A stretch of DNA of 64,000 nt from the human T2T-CHM13v2.0 reference genome, Homo sapiens: NCBI RefSeq assembly GCF_009914755.1, contig NC_060929.1; one strand, given 5' to 3'. The notes beneath the pieces were generated by a model. That model was not told where the DNA came from, did not search any database, and saw only the letters and a list, made by a program, of their open reading frames with translations. Shown here in pieces: positions 1 to 11,457 of the stretch. Position 1 is the stretch's first letter. Each line of letters opens with the position of its first letter. A program made the translations under genes and the position numbers.

Positions 1-1310
1 CGTGTGTAGAGTTGTGGTGTATAAGGAATGTGGCATCACAGGCCAGTGGGGAAAAAGACCATTTCAATGAACAGAATCAAATACATTGACTCTCCATTCA
101 GAATAATAAAATAAGATGCCCAGTTTGCAGAATACACAAAAAATCCATCCCAGTTGAATAAATAAACTAAATGTGAAAAAGAACTCCAAGAAAATCCTCT
201 CCATCCCGATGTTACAAGGTTATTCTTCTATAGTTTGTTCTAATTATATAAACTGTACGAAAGTACTCTCACACAATGAAAATGTTATAAACTTGATTAT
301 TTTAAAATATAAAACTTCTGTATCTCCAATGACACCATAAATGTTTAAAATGCAAGTGAAAGGCTGTGGAAGGATAATTTTAATGTATATTATAGGCAAG
401 AGATACATATGCATAACAGATGAACTCGTAGAAATCATAGGAAAAGTGTATAAAGCATCAACTCACAGAAGAAATCTCTTAACGTCGATGAAAATATGTT
501 CTACTTCACTGACAACCAGAGAAATGCACATTAGAACAGCAAGAAAATGTCATTTGTACAAAAGAGAGATTGACAAGGAGTAAAAAGTGTGATAGAGTCA
601 TGTGTTGGCCATACAGCGAGGAACATGGACTTTTGTGCTCTCTCTGTGGGGAGCTGACATAGTACAGCTATTTTGGAGACAGTGTGTCAGCATCTTGAAA
701 AACCGAAATGTGCTTATTCTGTAAGCGAGCAATTCCACTTCTGGATATGTGGATGAATTATTGCATTTGAATACAGGAGATATGCATAAGAATGTTTATT
801 GTAACATAATTTATAATCATGAAGGGTTGAGGACAAACCAAATGTCTATCAATTGGATAAACTATATGGTACCAGTTATAATGCATGGACTCTGCCACCA
901 TATTTCTCTCTATATATTAGTGTAGAAATATCTCAAAAGCAAAATAGAGAATGAAAATGAAAAATGAACATCACTAAGTATGGTGTCGAGTCCTCAAAAA
1001 TTGATAATAGATGCAAAATAGTATGTAATATTAGGAGTGCAACATATGTATCTATAAATATAAAAGAGACTAGAAGAGTATACTTTTGTTTGTTTGTTTT
1101 TGTAATGATGTCTGACCCTTAGTACAGAAGGTGGCAGTAGACGGGACTAATTTTAGCTATATCTTTAACATTTTATGTCTTTAAGTAGACTGCAACCCAA
1201 TAGTATACAAATGTCCTCGTTAACCATAAAGGGTAGAAATATGGGATTCTGTTTTCTTATGCTTGGTAGTTTTTCTATTTTTAAATTTAAAGAATTTATT
1301 TTAAAAAAGG
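1..1310 (+). mobile_element. Old L1 (L1ME-like) 3' ORF2 and 3' UTR fragment
   Basis: Degenerate matches to L1 ORF2 end: 'tacacaaaaaatcc...taaatgtgaaaaa', 'aaaacttctgtatctccaatgacaccataaa', 'gcaattccacttctgg', 'aagaatgtttattgtaacataattt'; A-rich plus strand; no intact ORF. Confidence 0.8.
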
Positions 1311-1879
1311 GCCTCTAATTATGAAAACAATGCCATGTTGATGTGGCTTAACTGAGCCTGTTCTTCTCTCTAATGTCTTCATGTACTTGGTTTTCATGCC
1401 TTTGATCTTCCAGTCGTCCTTAATAAAACTTCAAAGTTATGTTCAAGTCATTTAAACTAGTCAGTAGGCATCTGAGAAAGGGAAACTCAATTGGAGTCCT
1501 GGGGCTTTAAAATATATTTAGCTTTGATAACATCTTGTTCATGAGTCCTTTCATCTCCAAAATATTAAGCTCTTCAGACATGTTAGCTCAAGGGTCCCCA
1601 AACTCCCCCTGCAAAGTGAGATATTGGCTGCTCTTATTTAGAAGAATCCAAACAATGATAAATTTTGATACTATATAAGTCAGGAAAAGGTAGGACTAAG
1701 TCTGCAGGTTAATGATATCCAGAATAGGTAGACATGTAATTTGGGTTAATTCTCCTCTCTTCATTCACAGTTCCATGTCCATCTTCTTCATTATTTATGT
1801 TTACTTTCTCAATTCATAGTTCCATAATCAACTTTGTAGCTCTTTCCTCTTAATCACCTTGTAGCTGTGTTTTGGAGGA

Positions 1880-2252
1880 TGATATGGCTTGGCTGTGTCC
1901 TCACCTAAATCTCATCTTGAATTGTAGTTCCCATAATTCCCATGTGTCATGGGAGGGACCCAGTGGTATGTAATTGAATCATGGGAGCAGTTACCCTCAT
2001 GCTGTTCTGGTGATAGTACGTGAGTTCTCACGAGAGCTGATGGTTTTATAAGGGACTTTTCCTCACCTTCACTTGGATTCTTCTCTCTCCTGCTGCCATG
2101 TGAAGAAGGACGTGTTTGCTTTCCTTTCTGCCATAATTGTAAGTTTTCTGAGGCCTCCCCAGCCACGCTGAACTGTGTGTCAACTAAACCTCTTTCCTTT
2201 CTAAATACCCAGTCTCAGGTATGTATTAGTGGCCTGAGAACAGACTAATACA
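1880..2252 (+). mobile_element. THE1C-like solo LTR (ERVL-MaLR)
   Basis: Starts tgatatggcttggctgtgtc, ends cagactaataca; perfect 5-bp TSD GAGGA at 1875-1879 and 2253-2257. Confidence 0.95.
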
Positions 2253-3170
2253 GAGGAATATACCTAGAATATTTTGTAAAACTTACCATAGATCATAACT
2301 GTGTCACCAGCATAGTATCACATTATGATCCCTTCTCTGCCTCTGACACTTGTGCTCCTTCACACTTTCCACTGGATTTCCATGGGAATAAAAATATCTT
2401 TCCTTTTGTAATGCAGGTATATTAGAATTCGTTGTAATTTTTGGTAGTTTGCCATAGATAACTGTAAGATCTTTAGCCAGGACAACTGTTTGTATGTCTG
2501 AGAATGGGAGTGGATGAAGGGAGGATTTGCCATGCAAACTAACTCCTTACATGGCTCGAACTCACTGGATAATATAGCATCTTTCACTTTGTAGGTTGTA
2601 GACTTGGCTAGAATGAGTCCCCAAAGCTTGTCTAGGTGGGAATTCCCTGGGACTGTTTTTGCTTTTTGTTACTTTAAAGCCTAAAAATACCCATATCATT
2701 ATTTCCCATGTCCACTTAAAAATAAAAAGTGCTCATAGACTACATGTAAGGAATGAGAAATGAGTGAAGAAGAAAGAGGACACTGAAAGAAATGTTTTCA
2801 AAACACTCAGGATGACGAATGTTTGCACGTACTTGTGAGTCTTTGCCTTCTGAGCTTTATCCTGTTTGTTAAAGGAGGATGGTAGCTATTCTTTGGCCAT
2901 GTGTCTTTCTCTTTCGTTAGCTGAAAGACCATGTGTTATTTCAAAGAATTGGCAGCTCACCATAGGTGGATGTAGGCAAAACAGAACCATGGCCAGTGCC
3001 AGGGGCATCAGCTCCCTGAGGCCAGGCCTTGATCAGTCTTGTTGACCTGTGGCAGGGTCAGACACATAGTAGACCCTTTATATAAATTTGGTGAATGAGT
3101 AATTAAAGGACAAAAATACTCCTACATGTATGCTTCTGGCAGCTTCCCAGTAATTACATGCAGAAGAGGG

Positions 3171-3198
3171 GTGTGTGTGTGTGTGTGTGTGTGTGTGT
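3171..3198. repeat. (GT)14 microsatellite
   Basis: Pure GT run read directly. Confidence 0.97.
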
Positions 3199-4376
3199 TT
3201 CAATAGTCTGCCTTTGCCATGCCAATTTCTTATGCCAATTTTTCACTCTAACAGATGTGATTTTATGGTCTTGAAACCAGGTATTCAAATATATCCAGCC
3301 TGGACAAATCTCTAAGCAAAAGCTAAATAAACCATCCTGGATCTGGAGAGTCATCGTTTTTATGTGAATCTGAGCAAGCAGCCATCCTGCATCCTGGAGA
3401 TCGGTGAGCAGCATTCTAATGCCCAGCATCCTGGAACCGCCTGGCAGGCCTGGGTGAAATGAGCTCTTGGGCGAGCCTTGTTTCATCCATCAAGCCCATA
3501 AACCACAGCAGAGTACAGCTGAATGAGCCTGGGATCACAAGCAATTCTGCGTCGCTTTTATTGACGCTTGCCTGATAGCAGACAATCCCCTTGCTGTTGA
3601 GCATTTGTCTCCAGCTCACAGTTGTCTGCCCCTGATACATGCTCTTCCTCCACTTCCCCCTCTCCCCTGTGCTGCATATGTGTTGTAAAAATGGAGCATA
3701 CAGCCTCTGCTCAATGGTACATGGCTTATGCATGAATAGCCTTGAAGAAATAAATGAAGGCTGCACTAGATTCCTCGTTTGTGATTTAGTAAGTGTGCTT
3801 TTCTGCAGTGCACCACAATTCAGTCCTGGCTCAGGTATCATGCTCAGGTGTTCTCCAAACTGCATGTGTCATGTGGCTTGACAGCCAGGCCCTTTGGTGT
3901 CCAATGGTGATTCACTTTTGATGTGAGCAAGCTGCGTCTTCACTCAACACACTCCCTGAGGAGGTGAACTTTGCCTGGTAGAAATGGGCATTCTTTCCAC
4001 TCATTGTTCAGACATAAAGGACCTGAACTGGAAAATAAAATAAAAAGACGATTTGAAAAGAACCATGCCAAGAAGTTATGTGTATGCTTCTTTTTCACGT
4101 TAGTCACAGTAAACAGATCGGACCATCAGGCTGGGTGGCTCAGAGATTTGGTCACAGACATTAGCCACCAAGAGGAGGCATTCAAACCTAATTCTCTGCA
4201 CTGGGGTTCCCAAAACCAAAGCCTTTAGAGACTACTGTCTTAGGGGTGGGGACTTTTGCCAGCCGTTCAACCCACACCTGCCCTGCAAGACCAGCCAAGG
4301 CGATAAAGGAAAGCTGAGAGTTTGCTGATGTGGCCTGTGGCATTACCAGCACTCAGCATGTGTCTGCATATGTGCA

Positions 4377-4897
4377 TGTGATGGTTAATACTGAGTGTCA
4401 ACTTGATTGGATTGAAGGATGCAAAGTATTGAGCGTGGGTGTGTCTGTGAGGGTGTTGCCAAAGGAGATTAACATTTGAGTTAGTGGACTGGGGAAGGCA
4501 GACCCACCTTTAATCTGGGTGGGCACCATCTAATCGGCTGGCAGTGTGGCTAGAATATAAAGTAGGCAGAAAAACGTGAAAAGGCTAGACTTGCCCAGCC
4601 TCCCAGCCTACATCTTTCTCTTATGCCAGATGCTTCTTGACCTTTAACATTGGACTCCAAGTTCTTCAGTTTTCGGTCTCAGACTGGATTTCCTTGCTCC
4701 TGAGCTTGCAGACAGCCCACTGTGGGACCTTGTGACCTTGTGATCATGTGAGTTAATACTATATATATGTATATAGTATTATATATATGATATATATATG
4801 TATGTGTATATATATGTGTGTGTGTGTGTGTGTATACATATATATATATATACATATCCTATTAGTTCTCTCCCTCTAGAGAACCCTGACTAATACA
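4377..4897 (+). mobile_element. MLT2A1 solo LTR (ERVL)
   Basis: Starts tgtgatggttaatactgagtgtcaacttgattggattgaagg, ends ctagagaaccctgactaataca; perfect 5-bp TSD GTGCA at 4372-4376 and 4898-4902; lacks the internal segment I recall for MLT2A2. Confidence 0.92.
4754..4857. repeat. Compound (TA)n/(TG)n microsatellite inside MLT2A1
   Basis: Alternating TA/TG runs; includes 12-bp-arm palindrome taatactatata-tatg-tatatagtatta (4754-4781). Confidence 0.9.
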
Positions 4898-5320
4898 GTG
4901 CATATGTGATGTACATGCTCGCATGTGAGGGGGAAATGGATGGGAGGTGGTCAGTTGGGAGCAGGAGAAATGGAGGGAAGAGGAGGAAGGGCATCCTCTA
5001 CCAGCCACTGTGCTGGTGTGTGAGCCCCAGGCGGCTGGCTCAGCCTACTCTGTGGAGAAAGCTCTAACAGACAGCTAGCCCTTTACAGCTAACACATGCA
5101 ACAGAGCATGCAGTGTGAGCTAGTGGAACAGGGGAAAATAAGTGCCATTCTCACACGAATCTCATAGACTCCATGAAGCAAAGATCCCACAAAGGCTCTG
5201 GCAATTATTAAAAATACCACATGGTCTGGACTTTAAAATATTCTGAGGCAAGATTACCGTCCATGGCTGTGCTGGGCATTTTCCAAACTGCTCTTGTAAT
5301 CTTGTGATAGTTAAAATCCT

Positions 5321-5700
5321 ATACCAGTCAGGATAGGGCAAGTTCTGCTAAGGTGATAACACTAAGCCTTAAGGTTTACTTGTTCTCAGTCAGCCTGCTG
5401 GGGTGCTCACCAGCTTCCTGAAGCAGCTTCCTTCGCATATTCATGTAATGCCCACAGCTCCTCTAATCTTGTGGTACTTCCATGAAAACATCTGTTTCTG
5501 ATCATTGCAGCAGGAGGAGAGAACATGGAAAATCACCAAACAGCCTTGAATTTTTTCCCCAAAAATGACACATAGCATTGGACAAGATGATACCCATGGG
5601 CATCCTGCTTGTCTATAGGGCATGCTTTTAGGGAGCATTGGGAGTGGGCCCCAGAGATGCGTGATCATCTTTCCTGGACAGGGGGATTAGGACGTTTGCA
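5321..5700 (-). mobile_element. Old MLT1 (J/K/L-like) LTR fragment
   Basis: 'ccagtcaggatagggcaagttctgctaaggtgataac...aaggtttacttgttctca' resembles the reverse-strand end of old MLT1 LTRs; highly diverged. Confidence 0.45.
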
Positions 5701-5949
5701 ACAGTGGTGCAGAGACTGAGTGGGGAGTCCAGGCTTTGAAATAGATTTTTCTCACCCACAGCTCTGCTCTGTCCACATCACCCGTGCACAGCACCCATCT
5801 GACTTGTCTCTGTGTGTCCTGGAGCGTCGAGCCTCAGCTACTGCAGACGGCACAGTTGTCACTCCTTCCTTCCTTCCCTATAAATATTCGCCCCATGACT
5901 CCTGAGCTTCTGCACTTTCCTGGTCTGCCTGCCCTGCTCAGGATCCTTT

Positions 5950-6832
5950 CCTGGGTATTGCTTGCTTCTCCAACTTGCAATGTTTGTGTTCCATGTGTTG
6001 GATCTCTTCTTCCTTCTCTCTCCTCTCTTATTTATCGCAGTCAGCCTCATGACCTTAATTATTATCTACACAGTCAACTCAAGGCTTAGACCTCTAACTT
6101 GGAAATCTTTTTGTGCCTGAAACTTATAAACTGTCTATCTAACAGTGCATTTTGTACATTGAATAGAGAACTGAGCATGAATGATACCAAACACTTGATT
6201 TTTATCACCCTGACCAGAGCCAGTCCCCACCACCACCTTCTTGGACTCAGCAAGTGCAACTCCACCCATCCAATTTCCCAGGTCAGGCATTTTGGAGTCA
6301 ACTTTGCTTTTTCTCACTCACAGTATTTAATCTAGAAAAATCTTGTGAACCTACCTTCATGTTATATCTAGAATATGATCATTTCTTACCACCACTTTGG
6401 TCCAAGTTTGTATCATCTGAGTTATTATAAAAGCTTTCTAACTTGGTCCCCTCCTCTGCTACTCTCTTGCCCACTCTATATTCATTTTTATTTCTTTTTT
6501 CTTCATATAGCCAGAGGGATTATTTACAAACACATTAGATCCCCTAACTCTTCTACATAAAACCTTATAGTAGCTTTCCATCTTAATCAGCATGTCAACA
6601 CTTGTGTTGTTTCCAAAAGACTTGCAAATCTGAGCCTCTCTTGTTACCTCTCAGATGACATTTCTACTTTTCCTGCTTTTGCTCCTTATTTTCCAGCATA
6701 ATCTCCTTCTTGTTCCTGCGTAAGCATGCCAGGAACACTCCTAGCTCAAACTTTTGCTCCTATGTTCTCTGCCTGGAATGTCCTTTCATCAAATATCTGA
6801 AGTTTTCTCTCTCACGTCTCTTAGAACTTTAC
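5950..6832 (+). mobile_element. L2 (L2a-like) fragment, upstream part of an interrupted copy
   Basis: L2 motifs 'caactccacccatccaatttcccaggtcaggcattttggagtca', 'tatagccagagggattattt', 'ctctgcctggaatgtcctt'. Confidence 0.75.
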
Positions 6833-7302
6833 ATATTGATTTTGAAATTAATGCCATTGTGGTCAGAGAGCATCTTTTGTAAGACATGAATCTTTTTCAA
6901 TTTATTGAAACCTGTCTTATGACCCAGAATATGATCTATCTTTGTAAATATCTCATATACATGTGAAGACTGTGTATTCTGCCATTGTTGAATGGAGTCT
7001 TCGATTAAGACAGTGTCAATTACGCCAAGTCAGCTGATAGTTTTGTGCACATTTTCTATATCTTAATTGATTTTTTGTCTATTTGTTGTATCAATTATTA
7101 GGAGAAGGTTATTTGTGAGTGCAAGTGTAGATTTTTCCATTTTTCTTTATAATTCTATCGAGTTTCCCTTTTTCTCCATGTCTATTGAAGTCCATAAACA
7201 TTTAGGACTGATATGTCATTTGATTAATTGACCCATTTATTATTACAAAATTATCTTTCTACCTTGTATTAATCTTTACTCTAAAATCTATCTTGTTATT
7301 GA

Positions 7303-8400
<1,098 letters not shown>

Positions 8401-8927
8401 TTTTAAAGAGATTTAAATTTTAAAAATCATATACATTGTCCCTATAATTACCATTTTTGGGTGTTCTTTTTTCCGGTGTATACAGTCATCTTTCCATCCG
8501 TTATGATTTTCCTTCTTTGAACAGTTCCTCTAGTGCATGTTTGTTTATCATGAATTCTCTTAGCTTTTATACATACTAAAAACTTTCCTTTATTTATTAA
8601 ATATTTTTGGGGGGGGAGTGAGAGTAAGAATTCTGGGTGGATAGCTTATTTTTAATGTCCCTTAAATATGTTCCACTATCTTCTTGCTCATATTGTTTCT
8701 GATGAGAAATCTACTATCATCCTTTCCTGTAATTTCTGTATATAGTACATGTCCTTTTCTACTTCTGCATGATTTTAAGATGTTCTATTGATCACCGGTT
8801 TGAGCAGTTTGACTGGATATGCTTTCTGTTGTCTTCTTCATGTTCCTTGTGCTTGGAGTTTCTTGTACTTATTAGATCTGAGAGTTTATGGTTTTCATCA
8901 AATTTGGAAAAAATGGACATTATTATT

Positions 8928-9260
8928 CTATTTTATTTTATTTTATTTTATTTTATTTTATTTTATTTTATTTTGAGATGGAGTCTCACTCTGTTGCCCA
9001 GGCTGGAGTGCAGTGGCATGGTTTTTGCTCACTGCAACTGCAGCCTCCCAGGTTCAAGTGATTCTCCTGCCTCAGCCTCCTAATTAGCTGGGACTACAGG
9101 CACCTGCTACCACGCCCGGATTTTTTTTTTTTTTTCAGTAGAGACAGGGATTGGGATTCATCATATTGGCCAGGCTAGTCTTGAACTCCTGACCTTGTGA
9201 TCTGTCTACCTCAGCCTCCCACAGTGCTGGGATTACAGGCATGAGCCACCATGCCCAGCC
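8928..9260 (-). mobile_element. AluS (Sg-like) with (TTTTA)n tail
   Basis: (atttt)n then gagatggagtctcactctg...gagccaccatgcccagcc; degenerate TSD gacattattat/gacctattat. Confidence 0.95.
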
Positions 9261-9461
9261 GACCTATTATCCTGTATGTTCTTTTGAGCATTCCTCCTGT
9301 CTTTATGGAACTCCAGTGACTTATATAATGAGGCTTTTGAGCCTGGCTGGTGGAAACAGGCACCATTCCCAACTCTATGTAAGCACCAAGTACTGTTCTA
9401 ATCTCTTAGGGGGATCCTTCCCCTAGCCTTAGGTATAATAGTTTCCTCACCTGCATGTACT

Positions 9462-9790
9462 GCTCACCGTCTCTCTAAGGTCTCCTCAATCTGCTCTTTA
9501 AAAAATTGAACACTACCCAATTCCTATCCAGCCAGATGCCCTCTCCTGCTGTCTTACTTTCCATAGCACTTTATAAGCTTCTGGCCTGGTGAGCTGCAGT
9601 AGGGTAAGGGTTTGCTTCTGCTTATTCACTGCTATATTCCCTGCATCTAGGATGCCTACTGTGTCCCAAGCACACAGTAGATACACAATAAAAATGTATT
9701 GAATGGGTAAATAAGTGGTTGAATATTTGCATGATCATTGAGTGAATACATGACAGAATGAGCACTTGAAAGAATAAATTAATGTTCAGA
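9462..9790 (+). mobile_element. L2 3' end, continuation of the 5950-6832 copy
   Basis: 'ttattcactgctatattccctgcatctagga', 'cacacagtagatacacaataaaaatgtattgaatg' are typical of the L2 terminus. Confidence 0.8.
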
Positions 9791-11187
9791 TAAGCCATTC
9801 CAGGGGAGACTGTTTGTATTCCTTCTTGTACCAATAAAAACTGTGTTTCATGACATCAATGTTCTTGTTCCATTTTTATCCTTAGTCTATTATTTGTTTA
9901 GCCACATATTCTGCCATATACATCTCAGCCTTAATTCTGGAACCAAGCAGGAGATCAGGGAAGAGATGCATGATGTCTTTGTACTTAAGAGGAGGTGATC
10001 AGCAGGCAGCTTCTTTACCCATTGCATGTACAAAAACAAAATCTAGAGGCTCCAGATAGATCCAGCTGATGCAACATTGAGGTAGGAGTAAATTGTGAGC
10101 AAGCAGAAACCACACAAGTAAGAAAAAAGTAGACTCAGGGGACACTGGAAAGCCAGAATGAAAAGGAAGTCAGAAAGGTGGGGAAAAATACAAGATAAAC
10201 TGAGGAGTAAGCATTGAAAACAAGAGGGAATATAAGGATGGAGAGGATGTATGTGCATCCCAGGACATGGACCAATTGTGTTCCATGGTGAACTCTTCCG
10301 GACCCCCTTCATCCTGGTGATTGTAGACCTCTGTTTATCGGTCCTGGGATTTCTAACACAGCCTGTCCTCAAGCCATTTATCCCAGGTTGTCATAGAAAC
10401 ATGTATGCATTTCAGGCCATGAGGCCTTCGTTTGGGTTCAGAAAACATGAATTTTGCATGAATACGGCCAACATGCTTCTTCAGCTTCAAGAAGGCTATT
10501 TGGAAGAGGAGTGCTCCAGGAGTAGTTCTCAGGCAGGAGTGCTAGAGTCCCAGATAAGCGTCACACTCCGGTTTAAGTTAATCGTGAAATCGAATGCCTG
10601 GGTCTTCCTGGGTCTGGTGAAGGCCAAGCAAATCATGCTAACGTACAATAAATCATATACTTGACAGCAAAAATTGTAAAACATCAATCATAATTTAAAA
10701 AGTACAATTCATAAATGCCAGCAGCTTTGAAACAGTTTAAAAAATATGGATATTTTCAAGCCATAGAAATTTTTTTTAAATGTGGTTGTATAACAAAGAG
10801 TAAATTTTTTAAAGGAACAATTTCTAAAACTTGTATTACATTGTATGTGTAAACCCCTCATTAAAGAGCAGTAACTGCCAACATCCACTACAGAAAAAAG
10901 TCTTGAAATGTGAATCAATTTTGAGTGTATTCTTTGAGATGGAGGCTCATTTATTGTCTAAATAATTTTCTGTTCTTTCAGAACAGAGGTCAAAATGGTC
11001 ATTTATTGAACCTGAGTCTGATGTGCAATTCAAAGTGAACTGCAGAAATTTCGATACAATGACATTTATTACAGAGCACTGATGATCTTAGTGAAATTTG
11101 GAACATCTTAGATAAAACCACAAATTATTGGCTTTGGTATTAAAAAGACAACCTGAGTACCACGAACCATTTTTCTTTGTTCTTCAG

Positions 11188-11457
11188 CATCATAGATAAC
11201 ACATAGCGACTTCTAGATATATGCACACGGCATGTATGTTTATGACTCTTTTGGCCAAATCATGATTCCTGCATGGCTGACATGCATTGGTGAACTACCG
11301 AATGATGGAAAATGCCTCCATAGTATCTTCCTGAATCCAGCCTTGAATATGTTTTTAAGTAGGAGATGCTTCAGCCGTTATCCCATGGGCAACCTGCACA
11401 GTGGCTGGCAATAGTTTCTGAACCTCAGACCTCTGCTTAGGAAGTTCTTAAGCTCTG
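11188..11457 (+). other. Candidate non-coding exon (270 nt)
   Basis: Acceptor tttttctttgttcttcag|c at 11187/8 and donor ctg|gtaagt at 11457/8; stops in all three frames within 20 nt; no transcript evidence available. Confidence 0.25.

Noticed and set aside
1124-1139. CTCF-like acagaaggtggcagta
   Set aside because: Mismatches at two core positions and embedded in an old L1 3' UTR; not supportable without ChIP data.
3416-3865. 149-aa minus-strand ORF (similarly 15446-15895, 25375-25767, 41151-41558 and 43462-43836)
   Set aside because: Random-like composition, overlapping ORFs on the opposite strand and no protein family recognised.
10251-10664. 137-aa ATG-initiated ORF
   Set aside because: No recognisable domain or homology, no convincing splice framing, and length within chance expectation.
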